Shown: positions 39,485-49,616, counted from the stretch's first letter. The stretch is DNA of 64,000 bases from Candidatus Omnitrophica bacterium UBA6253 (GCA_002441245.1 DJVP01000006.1:7449-71448), one strand, 5' to 3'. The notes: generated by a model from the sequence alone, not told the origin. Numbers and translations are program-made.

Positions 39485-41263
39485 TCATCTTTTCACGGGA
39501 ATAGTAAAATGAAAAGTAGCACCTTTGCCAAATTCGGATTCAACCCAAATTAAACCTCCATGGGCCTGGATTATTTCCTTTGAAATAAACAACCCCAGGC
39601 CGGTTCCTTCCACCTTGGATCCAGTAGAACTTTGCTTAAAAGCATCAAAGATGCTGTTTAATTCATCTCTTTTTATCCCCGGGCCGGTATCGATAACCCT
39701 GACATGAACCTCATCGCCATCCAGTTCAGTCGAAATAACTACGCTTCCCTCTTTAATAAACTTAAGGGAATTATTCAAAAGGTTCATCAATACCTGTTCC
39801 AGCCTGTCCCTGTCAAACTTAAATTCCGGGATGCCTTCAAGCAACTCCAGGCGCAATTCTATATTCTTTGCCGAAGCCAGAGGCTGTATGGAATCAACAA
39901 GAGCCTTTATCAACAGGTTTAAATTATTCTCCTTAAAATCAAATTCCATTTTCTTTAATTGAATCTTTTGAAAATCCAGGAAATCTTTTGCCATTCTTAC
40001 CATGCGGTCAATTTCCCGCTTAACCATAGCCAGAGATCTTTTCTGTTTTTCACTGACTTCACCCAGTGTTCCGTCAAAAATTAAGCTGACCCCCTCCTTT
40101 ATTACGGCAAGCGGATTCTTTAGTTCATGCGCCGCAATAGAAGCAAACTTGGCTTTTAATGCAGCTGCCTCATTTAGCTCCCTGCGGCTGTCATTTCTTT
40201 GCTGGATTGATTTTGCCAGCATAAAAGAAGCTGCAAAAATCAGCGCCATAAATAAGAAAACAAACGGGATTAACAATAAATACAGTCTTTTGCTGTCAGC
40301 ATAAATAACAGAAGAGGGCACATAGGTAATAATCTTCCAGTAATGCTCATCCGGCAACAATGCATATTCATTTAAAACCTGCGTCTCTACATCCGGATGT
40401 ACGGTCTCAAAAGTAAACAATCCTCTTGCGGTCTCAAACTGCCCCTTGTCTTCATGCCCTATAATATCCCATTCCACAGGAAACTTGTTTTGAAATTTAT
40501 GAACCCTGTTAAACATAAACCCGTATTCATCTTCTGCTTTAAACCCTTTAAGCCAATATCCATCCTTATTAGTCATCAGGTTGTAGTGTCCTAGGTGGCC
40601 AGCCATGTCCCGGTTAAGCTTTGTTAATATATATTTGCCCAAATAGTTAAGCACAACCACCCCTTCATTTTTGTCTCCGCGAAAAACAACGGGAGTAGCA
40701 AACCTAATCATAGGCTTCCAGGGGATTTCAATTTTATTGTATTCAATATTCAAATCGAAAGGGGACAAATATATCTGATTCGGCCCAAGCTTAATGGTGT
40801 TCTTAAAATAATAACGCTGGGATTTATCCTGAAGTTTATCCCTGGGAAGAAGAATCACTTCATTGTTCTTCAGCTCCACCCTAATGATCTCAATCCCATC
40901 CCCATTCAATAAGCGGACCTGGTCATACTTCTTTTTAGCCCTGCAAAAATTAGAAAAATCTTTTTCTGCGTCAATTAAGACACTGGGATCTCTTATATAA
41001 TCCCTGGTTGAGGACAACCCTGATAAAACAATAATATCATTAGATATATTTTCCAACTCGTTATTTATTTCGTAAGTAAAACTCTGCACCAGATCCTTTT
41101 CTTCTTGTTTTAAAATCCTTTGTTGGGGAGAAATTTGGATATGATAAAAAACTAGAACTGAAGCTAAGAGTACGGCAGCCAAAGGAAGGAATATTATTAA
41201 AAAATACTTAAAAAATTTAGTTTTACGCACGCTCTCAGGCATATACCATTTTTTAATATACAT
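39485..41263 (-). CDS. Sensor histidine kinase with N-terminal periplasmic sensor domain (orphan: no response regulator gene nearby)
   Basis: Two TM segments flanking a ~270-aa periplasmic region; HisKA H-box (AAHELKNPL); HATPase N/G boxes (NLLNNSLKF, DTGPGI, GTGLGL). Confidence 0.8.
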   Translation of the reverse strand: MYIKKWYMPESVRKTKFFKYFLIIFLPLAAVLLASVLVFYHIQISPQQRILKQEEKDLVQSFTYEINNELENISNDIIVLSGLSSTRDYIRDPSVLIDAEKDFSNFCRAKKKYDQVRLLNGDGIEIIRVELKNNEVILLPRDKLQDKSQRYYFKNTIKLGPNQIYLSPFDLNIEYNKIEIPWKPMIRFATPVVFRGDKNEGVVVLNYLGKYILTKLNRDMAGHLGHYNLMTNKDGYWLKGFKAEDEYGFMFNRVHKFQNKFPVEWDIIGHEDKGQFETARGLFTFETVHPDVETQVLNEYALLPDEHYWKIITYVPSSVIYADSKRLYLLLIPFVFLFMALIFAASFMLAKSIQQRNDSRRELNEAAALKAKFASIAAHELKNPLAVIKEGVSLIFDGTLGEVSEKQKRSLAMVKREIDRMVRMAKDFLDFQKIQLKKMEFDFKENNLNLLIKALVDSIQPLASAKNIELRLELLEGIPEFKFDRDRLEQVLMNLLNNSLKFIKEGSVVISTELDGDEVHVRVIDTGPGIKRDELNSIFDAFKQSSTGSKVEGTGLGLFISKEIIQAHGGLIWVESEFGKGATFHFTIPVKR

Positions 41264-41302
41264 TCATAATAAATATTGCCTCTCTCTGATTCATAAAAGT
41301 CT

Positions 41303-41647
41303 CTAAGCAGAAATTACTAAAAGGCTTAACATGAAACTGATGATGCTAAAAAGGATGTAACCCCAGAAGGCCGGCCAGAAACCCGTGATCACAAAACCTT
41401 TGACTATCTTGGAGGCAAGGAGAAAAAGAGCTCCATTAATGAAAAGGGTAAATGTCCCCAGGGTAATTATATTGATCGGTAATGTGATCAGAATAATCAA
41501 AGGCCTCAGGAAGGCATTGATAATACCCAGTACCAAGGCAATCGCCAGGACAGTGGCAGTGCTTGAAACCTCTATGCCCCTTACAATGTGCGCGACAATA
41601 AAAAGCGACAGCGAACTAATCCCCCATCTTACTAAGAATTGCGTCAT
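41303..41647 (-). CDS. PF04020 (phage holin family 4 / YvlD-like) four-helix membrane protein
   Basis: Pattern LRPLIILITLPINIITLGTFTLFINGALFLLAS...GFW is typical of this family. Confidence 0.5.
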   Translation of the reverse strand: MTQFLVRWGISSLSLFIVAHIVRGIEVSSTATVLAIALVLGIINAFLRPLIILITLPINIITLGTFTLFINGALFLLASKIVKGFVITGFWPAFWGYILFSIISFMLSLLVISA

Positions 41648-41698
41648 CTTAATCTCCTCCTTTTTGAAATTCCGTATATTATGTAGGCAGTTTACGTA

Positions 41699-42388
41699 TT
41701 ATACGCACCCGCCATAAACAGCAAAATTATAGTGTTTCAGGATAACATCCACATACCTAAACCCCGCCTTACGCATTATAGCCAGTTCATCCTCAAAAAC
41801 TACCGGGCGGTCTTCCCTTTGATGCCTGAGAATCATATCGTTGATCTTTCTAGTTAGCAGGCCATTAGCCTTCATAAATGTTTTCCATTTATCCATATAT
41901 AACTTCTGTAAATGGCAGTTAGAAGAGAGGAATATATCCACACAAAAGAAAACCCCTCTCTTAGACAGCGAATTATGGATCTTGCGATAAAAACCCGGCT
42001 TATCATTACCTTCGACATGATGAAGAACCATAGAAGAAACAATACAATCGTATTTTTCCCGGTAATCAAAATCAAGTATATTACCCTGCCAGAATCTGAC
42101 ATTACGACTGCCTTTTAGCTTGCTCTTTGCCATTTTAAGCATATTTTCAGCCATATCAATACAGCTAATCCGGGCATTGGGATATGCCAAAATCAGTTTC
42201 TTGCTTAAATTACCGGTACCGCAACCAAGATCGACTATCCTCAATTTATCTTTTCTATTAAACGGCAGCGCATCGATAAGCGCCTGCATCATCTCTTCAT
42301 AGTGCGGCATTACATTAAAGAAAAATTTATCAAAATCCGCAGCTTCTTTTTCGAAATGTTCTCTTATCTCCTGAAATCTATTTTTCAT
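41699..42388 (-). CDS. Class I SAM-dependent methyltransferase
   Basis: Motif I RIVDLGCGTGNLS. Confidence 0.75.
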   Translation of the reverse strand: MKNRFQEIREHFEKEAADFDKFFFNVMPHYEEMMQALIDALPFNRKDKLRIVDLGCGTGNLSKKLILAYPNARISCIDMAENMLKMAKSKLKGSRNVRFWQGNILDFDYREKYDCIVSSMVLHHVEGNDKPGFYRKIHNSLSKRGVFFCVDIFLSSNCHLQKLYMDKWKTFMKANGLLTRKINDMILRHQREDRPVVFEDELAIMRKAGFRYVDVILKHYNFAVYGGCV

Positions 42389-42402
42389 CTAATTTATGCT
42401 CC

Positions 42403-42954
42403 CTATCGCAGTTTTTTAATACACTCATCCACAGTTTTAACAAAAGTTACCAATTCATTACAACAAGAAATCTTGCGCTTACTTCTAATTCTTTCACTGA
42501 GTACCGGTTCTTTTTTCAAACAGGTTAGAGCCGGTTTCCAAAAATCGCCTAGCATGATTATCGGCTTATGGTCAACTAACCCCTTATTCAAATGCTCAAG
42601 CACCGAGGACAGCTCCAATAATGTTCCGGTTCCACCCGGAAGGACAACAAAAGCATCCGCTTTCTTAAGCATAATATCGATCCGTTCAAACAGGCTATCT
42701 GCGACAATCTCTTCATCGATAAATGCATTTGCTGTTTTGTATATCGGTTTCTCCCATTTATACCAGGTCACGCCAATAGTCTTGCCCCCGGCGGATTTAG
42801 CTCCCCGCGAAATATCCTCCATCGTGCCGCCGAAACCTCCGGAGATTACCGTAATACCTCTTTGAGCAAGCATTTTACCAAGCCGGATAATCTCCGCCTT
42901 TTCTTTTTTGCTTAAATCTTTATAGCTTCCAAAAATACAAACTTTTTTAATCAT
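42403..42954 (-). CDS. LOG-family protein (TIGR00730 Rossmann-fold; cytokinin riboside 5'-monophosphate phosphoribohydrolase-like)
   Basis: GGFGGTMEDI and PGGTGTLLEL motifs are characteristic of LOG/YvdD proteins. Confidence 0.7.
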   Translation of the reverse strand: MIKKVCIFGSYKDLSKKEKAEIIRLGKMLAQRGITVISGGFGGTMEDISRGAKSAGGKTIGVTWYKWEKPIYKTANAFIDEEIVADSLFERIDIMLKKADAFVVLPGGTGTLLELSSVLEHLNKGLVDHKPIIMLGDFWKPALTCLKKEPVLSERIRSKRKISCCNELVTFVKTVDECIKKLR

Positions 42955-42971
42955 ATAAACACCCGTATTTT

Positions 42972-44066
42972 TTACTTCAACTCGTCAGTTACATCAATGA
43001 ATTTCTGCTGCTTGTCATCTATTGATAAGGATTTTCGAGGAGCCCCTGGCTCAAGGCTGAACTTTTTCAAGTCCACCTTTTTCCAGGCGGTATTTTCATA
43101 AGTTTTATAATACAAGGTGAGATTTGTCAAATCCTTTATAACTACCCATTGGGCATATCCTTCCATATGAACAAGCGGGGCAGGATCTTCTTTAATCAAT
43201 CCCCTGGGGATATCGACAACATTTAAAAGATGCTCCGCCAGATTTACAGCCTCAGTTGCTCCTTCCACAGGCAAAGCAGCATCCAAGGAATACGCAACTC
43301 GCACAAACCTAGACGGAGGAGTCCAGTCCCCGGGCAAACCCAGCATGCCGCTGCCAACCCCGGTAGGCCCTATCTTTAAACCATTAAGCATCTTATCCTT
43401 TCTATCATGAGCATCCAAGTTTACATAATTCCTCAAGTTATTAATCTGCCATTCAAAATCCGGCCGGTTAGTCATAACCCCAAGCGGATTATCATAAACT
43501 TTTACTTCTCCTTCAATGAACTCAATAACCAGATTCTTCCCGATGGCATCATGTACAGCGATATGCAGATATAGTTCTCCGTCAGTTTCTTTTAAAACCA
43601 TGCCCGCAACATTTACCTTAGGCAGAGCCTCTTTTATCTCCTCTACTGTCGCAAAATTTCCCATAATCCAGGAGCCAAAATCGCTGATGGCAACAAATTT
43701 ACCCGGTTCTGCCGGCTGGTATTTTGAGCCCGTGAACATCAACGCATCAAAAGCAAGACCCTTTTCATTAAAACCCTCAACATAACAATTCTTAAGATTA
43801 TAGGCATCTATGCCTAAGAAACCGTATTTATTTTTCCAGGTTACCCCCTTAACGCCTTTATCATCAATGCTGATAAACTGTTCTCCACGAGGCACGATGA
43901 CGACGTTAGAATGGAGGTCAACGGGAAATTCCATGGAACGGCCGATAACAACAGTGCCATCTTCAGCCTTAACCTGGAAGTCAGTGCAGGCAAAAGATGT
44001 ATTGACCGTTAAAACTAAGAATAAAATTATCGCGATTAAAACTGCTTTTCCCTGTTTTTCGTCCAT
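42972..44066 (-). CDS. Secreted Ntn hydrolase of the choloylglycine hydrolase / linear amide C-N hydrolase family
   Basis: Signal peptide ending ...SFA followed by the nucleophile Cys (CTDFQV). Family-typical length of about 340 aa. Confidence 0.65.
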   Translation of the reverse strand: MDEKQGKAVLIAIILFLVLTVNTSFACTDFQVKAEDGTVVIGRSMEFPVDLHSNVVIVPRGEQFISIDDKGVKGVTWKNKYGFLGIDAYNLKNCYVEGFNEKGLAFDALMFTGSKYQPAEPGKFVAISDFGSWIMGNFATVEEIKEALPKVNVAGMVLKETDGELYLHIAVHDAIGKNLVIEFIEGEVKVYDNPLGVMTNRPDFEWQINNLRNYVNLDAHDRKDKMLNGLKIGPTGVGSGMLGLPGDWTPPSRFVRVAYSLDAALPVEGATEAVNLAEHLLNVVDIPRGLIKEDPAPLVHMEGYAQWVVIKDLTNLTLYYKTYENTAWKKVDLKKFSLEPGAPRKSLSIDDKQQKFIDVTDELK

Positions 44067-44180
44067 TGTTTCTCTCCTTTATAAATATTTCTCCTATTTA
44101 TGAATTATAGCACTTTCCAGGAAGATATTACAGAAAAAATGGCGATCAATTCAATAACAGCCATGCAAAAAGATTATTAT

Positions 44181-44209
44181 TTGACAGTCAATTAGGTTAA
44201 GTGTATAAA
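44181..44209 (+). promoter_or_regulatory. Sigma70-like promoter TTGACA-N17-TATAAA for the MFS transporter gene; the -35 lies within palindrome TTGACAGTCAA
   Basis: Hexamers seen directly, with only about 10 nt between the -10 and the ATG. Confidence 0.4.
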
Positions 44210-44219
44210 TATAATTCTT

Positions 44220-45500
44220 ATGGCTAATCAAAACAAACCTCATGATTTTAGAGATGCATTAAAAATATCCGATATCCGCCTGTTTATCGGCTCAGTTGGC
44301 TTCTTTACGCTGGCTAGCCGGGCACTGGCTGTAGTGATCGGATTTCAAATATACAAGATAACACATAATCCCTTATCTCTTGGCTGGCTGGGGCTAGTGG
44401 AAGCAATCCCGGCAATCTCCATTGCCCCTTTTGGCGGTTATGTTGCCGACCATGTTAACCGGCGCACAATCATTTTAATTACGCGAGCGGTCTCCTGCTT
44501 GTGCACCCTGATTTTAGCGATCATCTCCTGGGAAACTCACTTAACTTCACTACTCGGACTTTATGCTATGATTTTTCTGGCGGGAGTAGCGCGCGGATTC
44601 GCAGATCCGGCAAACACTGCCTTTGAAGCCCAGGTTGTCCCCAAGCACCTTACGGTAAATGCATCCTCCTGGATTAGCAGCACATGGATCAGCTGTTCGG
44701 TTATCGGGCCGGCGGCAATCGGGTTTATATTTGACGCCTGGGGAGCTCCAGGAGCTTACCTGATTATCACAAGCAGCTTTATTCTTTCCTGGATTTTTAC
44801 CGTAATAATTCCACCAAAACCTATGCCGCATATAGAAAAAAGGGAAACTGTGTTTAAAAGCATCAGCCAGGGGTGGAACTTTGTATTTAAGACTCAACCT
44901 CTTTGGACAGCGATGACTTTAGATTTATTTTCGGTTTTCTTTGGCGGGGCGATTATACTTTTACCTGTCTATGCTAATGATATTTTACACGCCGGAGCCA
45001 AGGGATTAGGGCTACTTAATGCTGCTCCATCGTTAGGGGCATTAATCATCACTTTGATAGCTACGCGCCATCCACCAATTGAGCGTGCGGGGCGAAACTT
45101 GCTACTTTCCATTGCCGGATTCGGAGTAAGTATTATTATCTTTGCTTTCTCCAGGAACTTTTTATTGTCCATGTCGGCTTTATTTTTCAGCGGAGTTTTT
45201 GATGGAATTAGCATGGTAATCAGGCGTTCGATGGTCAGGCTACTGTCACCGGATGCGCTGCGCGGCCGGATTGCTTCAGCAAACTGGATCTTTGTCTGCG
45301 CCTCCAATGAACTGGGCGCTTTTGAAAGCGGAATGCTGGCTGCCTGGATAGGGACAGTCCCTTGCGTAGCCGTAGGAGGAATACTTACCCTGGGAATAGT
45401 TACCTTAACTGCAGGATTTGCTAAACAATTGCGGAATTTACACTTTGATATTCATACGCTTGAGCAGAAAAAATCCACCCCGCCGCCTTTTCCTTATTAA
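44220..45500 (+). CDS. MFS transporter (12 TM helices); the only plus-strand gene in the window
   Basis: Twelve hydrophobic segments. MFS motif-A-like GRRTIILITR between TM2 and TM3. Confidence 0.8.
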   Translation: MANQNKPHDFRDALKISDIRLFIGSVGFFTLASRALAVVIGFQIYKITHNPLSLGWLGLVEAIPAISIAPFGGYVADHVNRRTIILITRAVSCLCTLILAIISWETHLTSLLGLYAMIFLAGVARGFADPANTAFEAQVVPKHLTVNASSWISSTWISCSVIGPAAIGFIFDAWGAPGAYLIITSSFILSWIFTVIIPPKPMPHIEKRETVFKSISQGWNFVFKTQPLWTAMTLDLFSVFFGGAIILLPVYANDILHAGAKGLGLLNAAPSLGALIITLIATRHPPIERAGRNLLLSIAGFGVSIIIFAFSRNFLLSMSALFFSGVFDGISMVIRRSMVRLLSPDALRGRIASANWIFVCASNELGAFESGMLAAWIGTVPCVAVGGILTLGIVTLTAGFAKQLRNLHFDIHTLEQKKSTPPPFPY

Positions 45501-45577
45501 ATAAAATGTCAGGGCTAGCTTGAATAAAGTGTATTTGTTATATAATAATATTATTTACAACAAGTTATATAGACTGT

Positions 45578-46024
45578 CTACAAGGATTGGGCGCGGTCTC
45601 TGCTACGCTTACGGAAAAACGGCTTTTTTCTTCCACCGAAATTGCGGCCTCCCCTAACAGGAGCACCCTCCCTGTCTTGACGCTTGGAAAAACAGTCTTT
45701 GCAATATACCGGCCGGTCTCCGGTGGGCCTAAAGGGAACCTCGCATTCCGTTTTACATTCCGCACAAATAGCTTTAGTAAAACTTCTCTCCTGAAAACTA
45801 TTATCCCGGCCGCCTCTATCGTGCCGAAAAGAATTATCGAAACGCCGGGAAGACCTGCCGTATTCTTTCCGCTCCGAAGCCCCCTGCGCAGACTTAGCAA
45901 TCAGGGTATCAAGCTTTTGCTCTAAAAAAGTTAATTGCTGCTGAATTTTACCAATTACACCGGATATATCTGGCTGGCCAAGAGGCTCGACTGCGCGGCT
46001 TTTACGTTTAAATATCTTCTTCAT
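45578..46024 (-). CDS. Arg/Gly-rich protein with CxxC-x17-CxxC zinc-ribbon (zf-trcl-like)
   Basis: CAECKTECEVPFRPTGDRPVYCKDC flanked by RGG/RS-rich low-complexity tails. The overlapping ORF 45565..45900 in another frame is rejected. Confidence 0.55.
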   Translation of the reverse strand: MKKIFKRKSRAVEPLGQPDISGVIGKIQQQLTFLEQKLDTLIAKSAQGASERKEYGRSSRRFDNSFRHDRGGRDNSFQERSFTKAICAECKTECEVPFRPTGDRPVYCKDCFSKRQDREGAPVRGGRNFGGRKKPFFRKRSRDRAQSL

Positions 46025-46101
46025 TTAACTCCTTATTTTTTATACGGTTAATTTATCGTATTTTGTTTATCTACTATACACCTTTTAGAATATAAAGCAT
46101 C

Positions 46102-46539
46102 TTATTTATTTTTTCTTTTTTCCTTGGGCAAAAAAAACTGAAAATCATCTTTATCCGAAGATTTAAATGCCTCTTTTTCAGACTTTAGCTGCTCTGCATC
46201 TGAAACTGATCCATCCGAACTGAATTCATTTTGAGGCATCTCAAAAGTTAAACTTGAACTCTTAAATTCATTACCCTCCTGGCTGAAGATATTGGAAGGA
46301 TTCTTAAACTTTCCGGAATTTTCGTCCTTAAAGATCGATTTCCTGGGAAGCACTTCCTCGATGGTAAACTCTCTATCAAAAGAGCTATCAAGTTTAAAAT
46401 TAAATACCCCGCTAGGAGATGCAAACTCACCGTGATTTTTATTATGGCGAACCCTTGAGTTGATAAGCCTAGCATGAGCAAAAACAGGACAATAAAATAA
46501 AATTATTAAAGTTATTATTAATTGTTTTTTATTCATCAA
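46102..46539 (-). CDS. Secreted low-complexity hypothetical protein
   Basis: Signal peptide, then repeated F-K/S-rich segments. Confidence 0.35.
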   Translation of the reverse strand: MMNKKQLIITLIILFYCPVFAHARLINSRVRHNKNHGEFASPSGVFNFKLDSSFDREFTIEEVLPRKSIFKDENSGKFKNPSNIFSQEGNEFKSSSLTFEMPQNEFSSDGSVSDAEQLKSEKEAFKSSDKDDFQFFLPKEKRKNK

Positions 46540-47505
46540 TTAAAGATTGCCCCGCAACAACTCAATAAGTCCCGCCATCTCTTCTCTGGTCTTGGCGCGG
46601 GAGGACTTTTCCCTCAATGGGCGGATATTACGGATCCCCCTGGTATACCAGGCGAAGAATTTGCGGAATAATATAACCCCGTTTCTTTCTTTATAAAAAT
46701 CTATTGAGGCATCTAAATGCTCCAGCATTATTTTAGTTACACTGGCCCTTGCGGGTTTCTGAAGAACCTTGCCGGTTTTTAAGAATTCTTTTATTTCCTT
46801 GAATATCCACGGGTTCCCAAATGAACCTCGGGCAATCACCAATCCATCGCAATTTGTCTTGCTAAGCATTTTCTCGGCCAGTTGCCCTGAAAACACATCT
46901 CCGCTGGCAAAAACCGGGATACTTAATGCCTTCTTCACCTTTGCAATTGTTTCATAATCCACATTACCGCCATACTCCTGAATTCTTGTCCTTCCGTGGA
47001 TAAATAAACCGCTGATTCCTGCATCCTGGGCATAAAGCGCTGCTTCCCTGGCGTTAATACAATCCTTATCCCAGCCTAAACGCATCTTTACGGTTACCGG
47101 AATCCTGGAATCCTTTACCACCAGTTTAAGTATTTTATTAAGCTTCTTGGGCTCTTTTAAAAGGGCAGCCCCTTCACCGCGCCGCACTACTTTCTTTGCC
47201 GGGCAGGCGGCATTAAAATCAAGGATATCGAATTTATAGGGTTTCAAGGCATCCAGCGCCTTTAATATATACTTCTCTTCGCAGCCTAATATCTGTACGC
47301 CTAATGGCCTATCCCTGGCCGAAGTAGAAAGCATATGCCGGGTCTTCCTGCTCTTGTGCGAAACAGAACGGCAGTTGATCATCTCGACAAATGCTAACTC
47401 CGCGCCAAATTTACGGCAAAGGGAGCGGAAAGGCAAGTCCGTAACACCCGCCATCGGCGCCAGGACTAAATTTGATTTTAATTTTAAGTTGCCTATTTTA
47501 AACAT
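46540..47505 (-). CDS. tRNA-dihydrouridine synthase
   Basis: Dus family TIM barrel (LAPMAGVTD, catalytic Cys in NAACP). Confidence 0.85.
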   Translation of the reverse strand: MFKIGNLKLKSNLVLAPMAGVTDLPFRSLCRKFGAELAFVEMINCRSVSHKSRKTRHMLSTSARDRPLGVQILGCEEKYILKALDALKPYKFDILDFNAACPAKKVVRRGEGAALLKEPKKLNKILKLVVKDSRIPVTVKMRLGWDKDCINAREAALYAQDAGISGLFIHGRTRIQEYGGNVDYETIAKVKKALSIPVFASGDVFSGQLAEKMLSKTNCDGLVIARGSFGNPWIFKEIKEFLKTGKVLQKPARASVTKIMLEHLDASIDFYKERNGVILFRKFFAWYTRGIRNIRPLREKSSRAKTREEMAGLIELLRGNL

Positions 47506-47523
47506 AAAAATAAACCTGAAATC

Positions 47524-49539
47524 TTACTTTACTATTGATATCGCCATAACAAATCCAAGAATAATGAGGGCCATGGAAAAGATAAGCTTGGTGTTATAGG
47601 TAAGGCAGGTAGATTCTTTACCCGCGATCATTAATTTCTTGATTTCAATGTATGGGACCGGTGAGCGCCTATACCAGCCAATAACTTCAGCATCCTGATT
47701 TATATACCTGGCTGCCCTTAGGAGGCCAAAAAGAAAATTGAATATTACCAGAGGCTGGCGGTAATCCAAAAAGATAACTCCGGTTTCATCCTGCATCACA
47801 AAATCTTCTGAAAAAATAAGCCCTGGCACGCCCCTTCCGATAATCTTGCCTTTTATCCGGCAAGGCACCGGCCTGACTGCAGAAACCTTGATCTTGCTTA
47901 ACAGATTCTTGATATTCATTACCACAAAATCAGAATCAGGATAGGAAAAAACAGTATTTATCAAATAGGCAAAACCAAAAACAAATGATCCGAGCCATAA
48001 ATAAAATATTTCTTTCTTTGCTATGAGCAGCGCGATAGCCGAAACAAAAATAATAAAAGGCAGGGCCTTAACCGACAAATCCAGAAAGAAATCATCCCAA
48101 TACGATTCCGGCCTGCGCTGGTTAAACTCTATATAAGGATCTTTCCCTAGTACCCTGGACTGGTTGCTCAAAAACTTTAGTCTTTTGGCAATCAATGGAT
48201 GCGTTGACTGTAATTCATAATAAGCGGCCCAGGGATTCCAAAGATCCCATTTTGCAACATCTCTTAGTTTATCTTTATTAACCTCTCCTCCCATACTCCG
48301 CGGGCCTGAATAACCGCTAACCGCCAGAATACTGGCGCATTTAGAATCAAATATCCCCATAGGTCCGACCGAATTTAATGTATCCTGCCTTTCTTTATAG
48401 TTCATCCCTCCTTTTCCGCTATCGTCTCCGGCCAAGCCGTAACCGATCTTGACTAAAGCAGAGGCCAGGGCATTCGGATTGCCGGTGACTTTCCCGGAAA
48501 ATCTGTCCGCGAAATATTCCCTTAATCTTGAAAACCACAATACGATAAACTCGCTTATTATATATAAAACGTAAGCAAAAATAGCTATTAATATACGCAT
48601 AGGAGCTGATTTATCCTTACCCCTGCTTTTCATTCTGATTAAGGTCCTATAAACATAATATAGGATCAGCGGCACAAGCTGCGCCAAGGTCATGATTAAC
48701 ATATCCCAGTGGAGTACATGGCCCATCTCATGAGCTACAACTGCTTCAGTTTCTTCTTTGTTTAAAAGATCAAGCAGCCCCCGGGTGATTACAACCCTGG
48801 CATTGTTCGGATGGTGGCCATACGTGAAGGCGTTAGGGGCACCATCTAAGATAATTCCCATGCGCGGAAAGTTAATTCCTTCATCCTGGCATATCTTACT
48901 GATAAAAATCCTTAAGTGCTGCGGTAAATCTTCAGGTTTTACCCAGCTCATTTTGTATAACATCCTTAAAGAAAGGTCCATTAAAAAAGGCCCCAGCATG
49001 AACTGTAAAGCGGCAACAATCAATCCGGCTGTTAAAGCGGTTGATGCAGATATTTTCCCCAGCTCCACAAATATAATCAAGAATAAACTAAGCAATGCAT
49101 ACAGCCCTAACAACACCATTGCGGAACGCAGGGAAAGATTGGGTAAGGCAAGCAGTGTTTTAGGTAATCCTGTTTTACTATCCCTGAATATGCCTTTATC
49201 TATCCGGAGCCTTGTTTTTATCGCAGGTAATTTATTGATCTCATCTTTATCCAGCCAGAAACCTTCTGACTCAGGGCAATAATCAATATTTATCTCCCCT
49301 CCCAGAATAGGCAGTTCCACCATCGTCCGGGATAATACAGGAGACAGGCGGGTTGAGTCTTTTTTAGACTGGACCGCTTCTTCGATTTTTGTTTTCAGAT
49401 AGGTGGGGGCACGGGTGAAAAGATAAATTTCATTTTTATCTAACCAGATGCCCTCGCATTGGGGGCAAAAATCAACCTCTACCCCCTGTTGAGTCATAAC
49501 CGGAACAAGATCTTTATCTTTGCAATTCGGGCACTTCAT
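47524..49539 (-). CDS. HtpX-like M48 metalloprotease fused to N-terminal tandem zinc-ribbon (zf-TFIIB-like) domains, with an extra C-terminal TM region
   Basis: CPNC...CPQCEGIWLDKNE and a degenerate second copy CPESEGFWLDKDE; multiple TMs; HEMGHVLHWD HExxH motif. Confidence 0.75.
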   Translation of the reverse strand: MKCPNCKDKDLVPVMTQQGVEVDFCPQCEGIWLDKNEIYLFTRAPTYLKTKIEEAVQSKKDSTRLSPVLSRTMVELPILGGEINIDYCPESEGFWLDKDEINKLPAIKTRLRIDKGIFRDSKTGLPKTLLALPNLSLRSAMVLLGLYALLSLFLIIFVELGKISASTALTAGLIVAALQFMLGPFLMDLSLRMLYKMSWVKPEDLPQHLRIFISKICQDEGINFPRMGIILDGAPNAFTYGHHPNNARVVITRGLLDLLNKEETEAVVAHEMGHVLHWDMLIMTLAQLVPLILYYVYRTLIRMKSRGKDKSAPMRILIAIFAYVLYIISEFIVLWFSRLREYFADRFSGKVTGNPNALASALVKIGYGLAGDDSGKGGMNYKERQDTLNSVGPMGIFDSKCASILAVSGYSGPRSMGGEVNKDKLRDVAKWDLWNPWAAYYELQSTHPLIAKRLKFLSNQSRVLGKDPYIEFNQRRPESYWDDFFLDLSVKALPFIIFVSAIALLIAKKEIFYLWLGSFVFGFAYLINTVFSYPDSDFVVMNIKNLLSKIKVSAVRPVPCRIKGKIIGRGVPGLIFSEDFVMQDETGVIFLDYRQPLVIFNFLFGLLRAARYINQDAEVIGWYRRSPVPYIEIKKLMIAGKESTCLTYNTKLIFSMALIILGFVMAISIVK

Positions 49540-49616
49540 GGCACGACTCCGAAATATTTGTTATGTAAAAACTCAGCTTGCAGTAAGTTACGTACACTGT
49601 CTACTCGGTTTTTCAG

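Noticed and set aside
45565-45900. 111-aa ORF overlapping the zinc-ribbon gene in a different frame on the same strand
   Set aside because: The overlapping 148-aa frame carries the CxxC-x17-CxxC ribbon and plausible start signals. The alternative frame is featureless.
49540-49616. Possible terminator between pgi and the M48 protease gene
   Set aside because: No convincing stem could be paired; only an A/T run is present.
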